Assembly: GCA_042091225.1 (NCBI GenBank)
Contig: JBELHW010000003.1
Coordinates: 12,860 to 76,859 of the forward strand
Reading direction: 5' to 3'
DNA: 64,000 nt
Source of the DNA: Cryomorphaceae bacterium
GTDB taxonomy: Bacteria > Bacteroidota > Bacteroidia > Flavobacteriales > UBA7312
This document shows positions 56,671 to 64,000 of the stretch, in pieces (the stretch's first letter is position 1; each line of letters starts with the position of its first letter). The position numbers and the translations under genes were made by a program. The notes beneath the pieces are model-generated. The model was not told the origin of the DNA. It searched no databases and was given only the letters and a program-made list of their open reading frames with translations.

Positions 56671-57618
56671 ATGGAATATTTAGAATTTGAAAAACCAATT
56701 CAGGAATTGATGCTCAAATTAGAGCAAGCTAAGAAACTAAAGGAAGAAGGAGTTGATGTCAGACAGGCAATAAAGGACCTAAACAACAAGATTGAAAAGC
56801 AAAAAACGGAGATATATTCCAACCTTTCTGCTTGGCAAAAAGTACAACTTTCAAGACATCCTAAAAGGCCCTATACCCTAGATTATATAGAAAACATAAG
56901 CGATACATTTATTGAGCTTCACGGAGACAGAAGCGTAAAAGACGATAAAGCGATGATTGGGGGCTGGGCAATTATAGAGGACAAAAGCTATATGGTTATT
57001 GGCCATCAGAAAGGAATAAACACTAAGATGAGGCAATTTAGAAATTTTGGAATGCCTAATCCGGAGGGATATCGAAAGGCTTTGCGTTTGATGAAGATGG
57101 CCGAAAAATTTGGCAAGCCTGTAATTACATTTATTGATACTCCAGGTGCTTTTCCGGGGCTAGAAGCAGAAGAAAGAGGACAAGGAGAAGCAATTGCTCG
57201 TAACCTAATAGAAATGATACAACTAAAAGTTCCGATTATTTGCATCATTATAGGCGAAGGAGCATCGGGAGGAGCGCTAGGGATAGGAATTGGAGACAAG
57301 GTACTGATGTTAGAAAACACATGGTATTCGGTAATTTCTCCCGAATCTTGTTCTTCTATACTTTGGAGGTCTTGGGACTATAAAGAGCAAGCTGCTCAAG
57401 CCCTAAAACTAACGGGCGATGATATGCTAAAAAACGAACTTATTGATGGCATTATTGACGAGCCAAAAGGAGGAGCTCATAACGACACTCAAAAAATGTT
57501 TGAAGTAGTAAAAAAAGAAATAATTAAACATACGAAAGCTTTAGAAAAAAAGTCGGTCCAAACTAGGATCGAAGAACGAATAGAGAAGTTTGGAAAAATG
57601 GGTGTTATAAAAGAATAA
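56671..57618 (+). CDS. accA: Acetyl-CoA carboxylase carboxyltransferase alpha subunit
   Basis: [10 protein letters not shown] start at the ATG 56671; the track uses the TTG at 56659. [20 protein letters not shown] and [10 protein letters not shown] blocks. Confidence 0.92.
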   Translation: MEYLEFEKPIQELMLKLEQAKKLKEEGVDVRQAIKDLNNKIEKQKTEIYSNLSAWQKVQLSRHPKRPYTLDYIENISDTFIELHGDRSVKDDKAMIGGWAIIEDKSYMVIGHQKGINTKMRQFRNFGMPNPEGYRKALRLMKMAEKFGKPVITFIDTPGAFPGLEAEERGQGEAIARNLIEMIQLKVPIICIIIGEGASGGALGIGIGDKVLMLENTWYSVISPESCSSILWRSWDYKEQAAQALKLTGDDMLKNELIDGIIDEPKGGAHNDTQKMFEVVKKEIIKHTKALEKKSVQTRIEERIEKFGKMGVIKE

Positions 57619-59111
57619 TGGCAAAAAATCAGAACAACAACAAAATAGAAACTAGTGCCCTAATAGCTGGCAAATTACCGCCACAGGCTGTAGATGTAGA
57701 AGAAGCAGTTTTAGGAGCTTTAATGCTCGAAAGTGACGCACTATCTAATGCAATAGAAATATTAAGGCCGGAAAGCTTTTACAAACCAGCACACAGTGCA
57801 ATTTTTACGGCCATTCAAAATTTATTTAATGGGGCTAAATCGGTAGATATTCTGACCGTTACTGAAGAACTGAAAAGCAACAATACCTTAAAAATGGTTG
57901 GAGGACCTGCTTTTGTTTCTAAACTTACAGACAGGGTTGCCTCTGCTGCAAATATTGAAACTCACGCAAGAATTATCTCTCAAAAATACATCCAAAGAGA
58001 ACTCATACGAATTTCAGGAGATATAATTTCTGATGCCTATGACGAGTCTACAGATGTTTTTGACCTACTAAGTAAAGCAGAACAAAATTTATACGATGTC
58101 TCCGAAGGAAATATTCGTAAAAATTACGATAAAATGAGCTCGCTTATTAGAGAAGCCTTAGTACAGATTGAAGAAATTAAAAATAAAGAAGACGGATTAA
58201 GTGGTATTCCTTCCGGCTTTGCCGAACTAGATAGAGTAACCTCAGGATGGCAAAAATCAGACCTTGTTATTTTGGCTGCCAGACCGGGTATGGGTAAAAC
58301 GGCATTTGTTTTATCTATGGCAAGAAATACTGCAGTCCAGTTTAAAAAACCAGTTGCAGTCTTTTCTCTAGAAATGTCCTCGGTTCAGTTAGTAAATAGG
58401 CTTATTGCAAGCGAGTCGGGAATTTCAGCAGAAAAACTAAGAAAGGGAAATCTGGAAGACCACGAATGGATACAGTTACAGCAAAAAATTACCCAACTTT
58501 CTGAAGCTCCAATTTTTATTGATGACACTCCAGCGCTAACTATATTTGAGCTAAGAGCAAAGTGCAGAAGACTATGTAGCACTAAAAATGGAGTGGAAAT
58601 GATTATTATTGACTACCTCCAACTAATGAGTGCAGGAGGAAGTGGAAAAGGAGGAAATAGAGAACAAGAAATTAGTACGATTTCAAGATCTTTAAAAAGT
58701 ATTGCTAAAGAATTGAACGTTCCAATTATTGCACTATCTCAATTAAGTAGAGCAGTAGAAACAAGAGGAGGAGATAAGAGACCAATGTTATCCGACCTTA
58801 GAGAATCGGGAGCTATTGAACAAGATGCAGATATCGTATGCTTTATCTACAGGCCAGAATATTACGGTTTTACCGAATGGCCAGAAAGTAGCCCAGGGGA
58901 AGACCCAGACTGCAACGGCCAAGGCGAAATTATAATTGCTAAACACCGAAATGGTTCTTTAGAAAATATACGATTAAAATTTATATCTCATTTAGCCAAA
59001 TTTACAGACCTAGATAGTTTCGGTAGCTTTAACAACGACTCCTACCCAAACACAAGCAATATTATTTCTTCTTCCATGAATATGGATCAGGACGAAGAAC
59101 AACCATTCTAA
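57618..59111 (+). CDS. dnaB: Replicative DNA helicase DnaB
   Basis: 497 aa. N-terminal LPPQAVDVEEAVLGALML. Walker A ARPGMGKTAF. IIIDYLQLM, ALSQLSR and LRESGAIEQDAD blocks. TAATG overlap with accA. Confidence 0.95.
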   Translation: MAKNQNNNKIETSALIAGKLPPQAVDVEEAVLGALMLESDALSNAIEILRPESFYKPAHSAIFTAIQNLFNGAKSVDILTVTEELKSNNTLKMVGGPAFVSKLTDRVASAANIETHARIISQKYIQRELIRISGDIISDAYDESTDVFDLLSKAEQNLYDVSEGNIRKNYDKMSSLIREALVQIEEIKNKEDGLSGIPSGFAELDRVTSGWQKSDLVILAARPGMGKTAFVLSMARNTAVQFKKPVAVFSLEMSSVQLVNRLIASESGISAEKLRKGNLEDHEWIQLQQKITQLSEAPIFIDDTPALTIFELRAKCRRLCSTKNGVEMIIIDYLQLMSAGGSGKGGNREQEISTISRSLKSIAKELNVPIIALSQLSRAVETRGGDKRPMLSDLRESGAIEQDADIVCFIYRPEYYGFTEWPESSPGEDPDCNGQGEIIIAKHRNGSLENIRLKFISHLAKFTDLDSFGSFNNDSYPNTSNIISSSMNMDQDEEQPF

Positions 59112-59112
59112 A

Positions 59113-60375
59113 ATGAATAAAAAAGCATTTCTAATATTACCACTATTATTTTTTGTACAACTTAATTGCTGGGCTTCTTATTTGCTTATTCCGATGGACC
59201 AAAGCCAATCGGATCATTTAAAAGCTTATGGAATCGCGTTTTGGAGCTTACAAAACGAAGTTAGTGTAGATTGGTTATTAAACTACAGAGGTGGTAGCTT
59301 CCTGATTAAAAACCAAACAAAACTCGAAAAAGAATGCCTAATTAGAGGAGTGAGTTTTGAAGTAATTGCAGACGTACAATCTACCCAAATACTATATCAG
59401 ATAAGTAGCCCTGAGGTTAATCAGGATGTAGTAAAACTAGAAAAAGTACCGAGGATAGCGGTATATTCTCCCAAAACAAAATTACCCTGGGACGATGCCG
59501 TAACCCTAGCGCTTACCTATGCCGAAATACCATACGATTTAGTTTACGATAAGGAAGTGATTAAAGGAGTATTACCAAGCTATGATTGGCTCCACCTACA
59601 TCACGAAGATTTTAGCGGACAGTATGGTAAATTTTATGCTAGCTATAAAAATGTAGCATGGTACAGACAACAAAAAACAGACTTCGAGCAATCTGCAAAA
59701 GAATTGGGTTTCGAGAAAGTTTCACAAGCAAAATTAGCGGTAGCACTCAAAATAAAAGAATTTACTTTAGGAGGTGGCTTTTTATTTGCAATGTGTTCGG
59801 CAACCGATACTTATGACATTGCCTTAGCAGCACAAGGAACTGATATTTGCCAGCATATGTTTGATGGCGACCCTGCAGATAACAATGCCCAAGAAAAACT
59901 AAACTATCAGGAAACACTAGCCTTCGAGAATTTTATATTGGAGCAAAACCCAAACGTTTACGAATACTCCGAAATTGACGCTACCAGAACAAGAAAAATA
60001 AAAGAGCCTTTAGATTATTTTGCCTTATTCGAATTTTCGGCAAAATGGGACCCAATCCCTACCATGCTTTGTCAGAACCACGAACAAGTTATAAAAGGAT
60101 TTATGGGACAAACAACAGCATTTAAAAACGAATTTATAAAATCTAATGTGCTAATTTTAGGTGCAAATGAAGCTGCAGACGAAGCAAGATACATACACGG
60201 AGAATTAGGAAAAGGAACTTGGACATTTTATGGTGGCCACGACCCAGAAGATTACCAACATAAGGTTGGCGACCCAAAAACAGACTTAAGCCTTCATCCT
60301 AACTCGCCAGGCTACAGACTTATCCTTAACAATGTTTTATTTCCGGCTGCTAAAAAGAAAAAACAAAAAACCTGA
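59113..60375 (+). CDS. Secreted protein of unknown function
   Basis: 420 aa. Signal peptide MNKKAFLILPLLFFVQLNCWA. Lys-rich C-terminal tail AAKKKKQKT. I recognise no catalytic motif with confidence. Starts 1 nt after the dnaB stop. Confidence 0.5.
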   Translation: MNKKAFLILPLLFFVQLNCWASYLLIPMDQSQSDHLKAYGIAFWSLQNEVSVDWLLNYRGGSFLIKNQTKLEKECLIRGVSFEVIADVQSTQILYQISSPEVNQDVVKLEKVPRIAVYSPKTKLPWDDAVTLALTYAEIPYDLVYDKEVIKGVLPSYDWLHLHHEDFSGQYGKFYASYKNVAWYRQQKTDFEQSAKELGFEKVSQAKLAVALKIKEFTLGGGFLFAMCSATDTYDIALAAQGTDICQHMFDGDPADNNAQEKLNYQETLAFENFILEQNPNVYEYSEIDATRTRKIKEPLDYFALFEFSAKWDPIPTMLCQNHEQVIKGFMGQTTAFKNEFIKSNVLILGANEAADEARYIHGELGKGTWTFYGGHDPEDYQHKVGDPKTDLSLHPNSPGYRLILNNVLFPAAKKKKQKT

Positions 60376-60380
60376 TTGTT

Positions 60381-61322
60381 ATGTTGGTTGCATTTTTAAG
60401 AAAATACAAATGGAGTTACCAAATTTCTAACTTTTTTAATCGTAAAAAGCTGGAACATAATTTACAATGGTATAAAAAATATAAACTCAATAAAAAATAC
60501 TACTCCCCCATTTCAAGTGCCGACTTCGATGGTTTAGAATCTGAAAAACCAATTATGGATACTCAAGATTCGGCAAAAATTTTACCCCAAAAAGAAGCCT
60601 TTAAAAAATTAGATGAAAAAACACAAAATAGCCTACTAACATGGTCTCAAAACGGCTATGTAATTTTAAAATCCTTCTTTCAAGAACAAGAAATTGATCT
60701 GATAAACAAAGAGGTGGAAAGCTTAATAAATGACAAAAAAATAAAATGGCTTGATCAAAGAATTTTATTCGCTTTTAAAAAATCTAAACTCTTGCAAAGT
60801 GTAGCAACATTTCCTAAACTAAAAAATTGTATTGACTTACTAATGGGCAAAGAAATGGATTTGTTTCAGAGCATTAATTTTTACCAGTCTAGCCAACAAA
60901 GAACCCACTCCGATTCCATACATATGTCAACATTCCCTAACGGAAATATAATAGCGGTATGGATAGCATTACAAGATGTGGGCCCCGAAAACGGGCCGCT
61001 TCACTACTACCCAGGATCTCACAAATTACCATACATCATGAACAGGGATTTCGGAAACCAGAGTACTCGGTTAAAACTAGGAAACAAAACATACTCGGAC
61101 TACGAAGACAAAATTGAGCAATTATTAAAAGAAAACCCTACTCTTGAAAAGCAAATTTTCTTAGCAAAAAAAGGCGATGTTTTAATTTGGCATGCAAACC
61201 TTTTGCATGGTGCCCAAGCTAAAATAAACAAACAGTCAAGCAGAAAAAGCATGGTTTTTCATTATTATTCTAAAGATGCAATTGCTTATCACGAAATTAG
61301 CGAAAGGCCAACTCTAAAATAA
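60381..61322 (+). CDS. Phytanoyl-CoA dioxygenase (PhyH) family Fe(II)/2-oxoglutarate-dependent oxygenase
   Basis: 313 aa. HxD facial-triad motif (RTHSDSIHM), distal His (WHANLLHGA), and RKS (SSRKSMVFHY) as the likely 2OG-binding Arg. Confidence 0.7.
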   Translation: MLVAFLRKYKWSYQISNFFNRKKLEHNLQWYKKYKLNKKYYSPISSADFDGLESEKPIMDTQDSAKILPQKEAFKKLDEKTQNSLLTWSQNGYVILKSFFQEQEIDLINKEVESLINDKKIKWLDQRILFAFKKSKLLQSVATFPKLKNCIDLLMGKEMDLFQSINFYQSSQQRTHSDSIHMSTFPNGNIIAVWIALQDVGPENGPLHYYPGSHKLPYIMNRDFGNQSTRLKLGNKTYSDYEDKIEQLLKENPTLEKQIFLAKKGDVLIWHANLLHGAQAKINKQSSRKSMVFHYYSKDAIAYHEISERPTLK

Positions 61323-61328
61323 AATAGC

Positions 61329-62753
61329 ATGCTTTTCAATTCTATTGACTTTGCTTACTTCTTACCAATTGTTTTACTATTATTTTGGCTATTGTCCAAA
61401 AATTTAAAAGCTCAAAACCTTGTTTTACTGCTTGCTAGCTACGTTTTTTACGGATGGTGGGACTGGCGTTTTCTTTCTCTAATTGCTTTAAGCTCGTTTG
61501 CAGATTATATTATAGGCATAAAGCTACACAAAGCACAAACAAACCGAAAATATTGGCTGGTATTGAGCTTAGTTATCAATTTAGGAATGTTGGCTTTTTT
61601 CAAATACGCCGATTTTTTCGCTCAAAGTTTTAGCGATGCCTTTAGTTTGTTTGGGCAACACATAGAGCTTAGCAGACTAAATATTATTTTGCCAGTTGGT
61701 ATTAGCTTTTATACCTTCCAAACATTGAGTTATACCCTAGATATTTACAAAAGAAAATTAGAACCAACAAAGTCATTAGTTTCCTTTCTGGCATTCGTAT
61801 CTTTTTTTCCTCAACTGGTGGCAGGACCAATTGAAAGAGCAAGTAATTTATTGCCACAATTTTTTCAAAATAAAAAAATTAAATCAGACTTATTTGTTGC
61901 TGGTTTACAACAAATGTTGTGGGGATTTTTTAAAAAAATGGTGATTGCAGACAACTGCGCAATTATTGTAGATCAAATTTTTAACCAAGCCCCCGAATAC
62001 AGTGGACTCACCTTATTTATTGGAGCAATATTTTTTGGATTTCAAATTTATGGCGATTTTTCAGGATATTCTGACATAGCAATAGGAACAGCAAAATTAT
62101 TCGGATTTAATTTAAGTCAAAACTTCGCATTTCCATATTTCTCAAGAGACATTGCTGAGTTTTGGAGAAAATGGCACATCTCCTTATCTTCTTGGTTTAA
62201 AGATTATTTATACATCCCATTAGGAGGATCAAGAGCAACAAAAGCAAAAACAATTAGAAATATATTTATCATTTTTCTGGTGAGCGGATTTTGGCATGGA
62301 GCAAACTGGACTTTCGTTTTTTGGGGCTTTGCTCACGCCCTTTTGTTTGTTCCTTTATTTGTGTTGAACAAAAACAGAACATTCACACAAAACAACCACA
62401 ACCTATCTCCTATTAATCTATGGAGAATGTTATCTACTTTTGTTCTGGTTTGTTTAGCTTGGATATTATTCAGAGCCCAAAATATAGAACAAGCAATATT
62501 TATTTACGGAAAAATATTCGACTTTACTAGCTGGACAAGCCCAAGCCTAGAAGACTTTAACAGCGCTATTATAATAAGCATGATTGTCTTTTTGCTTGTT
62601 GTAGAATGGAACAACAAAAAAGAAATAAATCCTTTAAAAAATATAGATAAATTACCTAATGTTGTAAGGTGGCTATTTTATAGCTTTTTGTTATTTTGTA
62701 TCAGTATGTTTAGCCCAACACAAGAATTACCATTTATTTATTTTCAATTTTAA
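61329..62753 (+). CDS. MBOAT-family membrane-bound O-acyltransferase (AlgI/DltB/PatA-like)
   Basis: 474 aa and polytopic. FWRKWHISLSSWFKDYLYIPLGGSR and the catalytic-His block SGFWHGANWTFVFWG. Confidence 0.88.
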   Translation: MLFNSIDFAYFLPIVLLLFWLLSKNLKAQNLVLLLASYVFYGWWDWRFLSLIALSSFADYIIGIKLHKAQTNRKYWLVLSLVINLGMLAFFKYADFFAQSFSDAFSLFGQHIELSRLNIILPVGISFYTFQTLSYTLDIYKRKLEPTKSLVSFLAFVSFFPQLVAGPIERASNLLPQFFQNKKIKSDLFVAGLQQMLWGFFKKMVIADNCAIIVDQIFNQAPEYSGLTLFIGAIFFGFQIYGDFSGYSDIAIGTAKLFGFNLSQNFAFPYFSRDIAEFWRKWHISLSSWFKDYLYIPLGGSRATKAKTIRNIFIIFLVSGFWHGANWTFVFWGFAHALLFVPLFVLNKNRTFTQNNHNLSPINLWRMLSTFVLVCLAWILFRAQNIEQAIFIYGKIFDFTSWTSPSLEDFNSAIIISMIVFLLVVEWNNKKEINPLKNIDKLPNVVRWLFYSFLLFCISMFSPTQELPFIYFQF

Positions 62754-62756
62754 AAC

Positions 62757-63650
62757 ATGAAATTTTTACGCATCGTACTACCATTTATTTTTATTGTTTT
62801 CAGCTATGCTACTTATGTGGTAGTGTGGGGCTTACACTTCCCCGACGACTCGCCCAACATAGTGTATAAACGGATTGGAGGTAGCTCAGGTTTTAGATTA
62901 AACGAATTGGAAAAAAGAAAAAATCTGGACGTACTCATTACAGGATCATCCCATGCATATAGAGGCATAGACAGTCGCTATTTACAACAAAAAGGATTAA
63001 ATACTTTTAATATGGGCTCTAGTTCTCAAACCCCTATTCAAACCAAATGGCTGCTCAAAAAACACCTAAAAAGGCTAAATCCAAAACTAGTTATATTGGA
63101 GATGGACCCATCTATTTTTTGTTCGGACGGAATAGAGTCCTCTTTAGATTTAATTTCTAATTATCCTGATGTAATACAAACTTTTGATTTGGCATGGGGG
63201 CACCTTAAAACCTTTAATACTTTTATTTTTTCTTTGTACCACAACGTATTTAACCTTAACCAAGATTTAAAAATACAATGGAGAGACACCTACCATGTAG
63301 GAGGCTATGTGGAGCGTAAGTTGAGCTATTATAATGTAGAACAATTTGAGCAAAAAAAATGGGAATTCAATACAGCACTTTTTAAAGAGTTTGAACAAAT
63401 TATTGAAGAGCTGAAAAGCAAAAATATAAATTATATATTGGTTCAGGCTCCTTTATCTCCTGCCTATTATAATAGCCATAGCAACAATAGCGAATTCGAC
63501 CAACGAATGGAGAAGCTAGGAAAATATTATAATTATAACCAATTAATGGAATGGGACAACAGCAAACATTTCTACGACAAGCAACACCTAAACACTATAG
63601 GAGCAAGAAAGTTAACCGCTGCGGTTCTTCAACTCAAAGAACTGCCTTAA
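62757..63650 (+). CDS. Membrane-anchored SGNH/DltD-like putative acyl-transfer partner of the MBOAT
   Basis: 297 aa with an N-terminal TM anchor. Candidate SGNH block I (VLITGSSHAY), block II (FNMGSSS) and block V DxxH (YDKQHLN). Starts 3 nt after the MBOAT gene. Confidence 0.55.
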   Translation: MKFLRIVLPFIFIVFSYATYVVVWGLHFPDDSPNIVYKRIGGSSGFRLNELEKRKNLDVLITGSSHAYRGIDSRYLQQKGLNTFNMGSSSQTPIQTKWLLKKHLKRLNPKLVILEMDPSIFCSDGIESSLDLISNYPDVIQTFDLAWGHLKTFNTFIFSLYHNVFNLNQDLKIQWRDTYHVGGYVERKLSYYNVEQFEQKKWEFNTALFKEFEQIIEELKSKNINYILVQAPLSPAYYNSHSNNSEFDQRMEKLGKYYNYNQLMEWDNSKHFYDKQHLNTIGARKLTAAVLQLKELP

Positions 63651-63787
63651 TCTTTTAAAGTATTTTTATTAACTTCTAAAATATTTTCTTGTTCGAGAGC
63701 CTCCTGTATCAGCGAAATCTGAGTGTTAAGAGCTCCCAGATACGATTGTAAAGTCTCGTTTTCACCTTTTAAACTTTCAATCTGCAT
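63647..63787 (-). CDS. Small coiled-coil ORF (46 aa), either an independent small gene or the frameshifted C-terminus of the upstream partial ORF
   Basis: My own translation of the minus strand gives MQIESLKGENETLQSYLGALNTQISLIQEALEQENILEVNKNTLKD with a heptad-like pattern. It is below the ORF-track size cutoff. The frame is open back to 63823. Confidence 0.3.
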   Translation of the reverse strand: MQIESLKGENETLQSYLGALNTQISLIQEALEQENILEVNKNTLKD

Positions 63788-64000
63788 TTGTTGTTGTTGG
63801 ATACAGAAAGCATAAAATCTAACTTATTTGCTAACTTATTTTTGTAACCTAACTTTAGGTGATTAGAAGAAACATTGCTAAAATCGGATAAAAGACTTTG
63901 GTTTCCATGAGAATCTGTAAAACCAATTTTAGGGTAGTTAAGACCTATGTTTAGATGTAACTCCCCTTTATCAGAAGAAAGGTTTTTATTCTCTTGGGCG
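63769..64000 (-). CDS. Partial ORF (C-terminal 76 codons; N-terminus beyond the window), unknown function
   Basis: My own translation gives ...GELHLNIGLNYPKIGFTDSHGNQSLLSDFSNVSSNHLKLGYKNKLANKLDFMLSVSNNNKCRLKV*. The frame is open to the window edge. It is absent from the track because no start codon lies in the window. Confidence 0.35.
   Translation of the reverse strand, partial: AQENKNLSSDKGELHLNIGLNYPKIGFTDSHGNQSLLSDFSNVSSNHLKLGYKNKLANKLDFMLSVSNNNKCRLKV

Noticed and set aside
550-58582. About 28 short ORFs (60-136 aa) in the track lying antisense within larger genes. Examples: 550-939, 994-1263, 3846-4034, 6321-6584, 6764-7015, 13142-13423, 17702-17887, 22781-22966, 26260-26487, 27691-28101, 30397-30642, 31336-31560, 33787-34071, 36724-36915, 42849-43070, 43565-43747, 44369-44761, 45887-46225, 46461-46712, 51187-51396, 54749-54955, 55759-56056, 57006-57320 and 58385-58582
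   Set aside because: Each is fully or largely contained in a longer ORF on the opposite strand that has clear family motifs. Their compositions (Ile/Leu/Phe/Ser/Lys-rich) are what is expected from reverse-complement reading of AT-rich coding sequence. None has a recognisable motif.
1-64000. Search for CRISPR arrays, IS elements or transposases, integrases, prophage genes, tRNA/rRNA genes, restriction-modification, toxin-antitoxin and known defence-system genes
   Set aside because: None was recognised in any ORF or intergenic region. The intergenic gaps are too short (mostly under 100 nt) to hide arrays or tRNAs, and the only long gaps are explained by the SRP RNA, divergent promoters and the rpsA leader.

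Overview
AT-rich, very gene-dense chromosomal segment with about 70 genes, mostly separated by gaps of 0-80 nt or by short overlaps. It comes from a Bacteroidota organism, most likely Flavobacteriia-like. Phylum-level evidence visible in the sequence: T9SS type A and type B C-terminal sorting domains, SprB-type repeats, DUF1573-, DUF4199- and DUF5683-like proteins, a BshB1-like bacillithiol deacetylase, a fused CcsB-CcsA cytochrome c synthase, a long NusB, and a TTG-N19-TAnnTTTG promoter in front of the SRP RNA. The content is overwhelmingly core housekeeping: thrS-infC-rpmI-rplT, rpsA, recA, uvrA, nth, ruvX, dnaB, parAB, pyrR-pyrB, dapB, dapD, accA, ispE, coaE, miaA, cca, rnz, lepB, yajC and nusB. 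I saw no transposase, integrase, phage gene, CRISPR array, tRNA or rRNA gene, toxin-antitoxin pair or recognisable defence gene, so this is not an obvious accessory island. One RNA gene, the SRP (4.5S) RNA, sits under a spurious ORF of the supplied track. The most interesting items are: (1) a tightly packed four-gene envelope-modification module directly behind dnaB, made of an orphan secreted protein, a PhyH-type dioxygenase, an MBOAT acyltransferase and an SGNH/DltD-like partner; (2) ribosomal protein S1 with an unusual Lys/Ala/Pro-rich N-terminal extension plus a 3x24-nt tandem repeat; (3) an unknown 166-aa gene overlapping both neighbours inside a tRNA-maturation gene run; (4) a probable compensated double frameshift inside the conserved motif of the transaldolase gene, plus a possibly frameshifted gene at the right window edge. 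All family assignments come from reading motifs by eye. No search was run, so they need HMM or BLAST confirmation.
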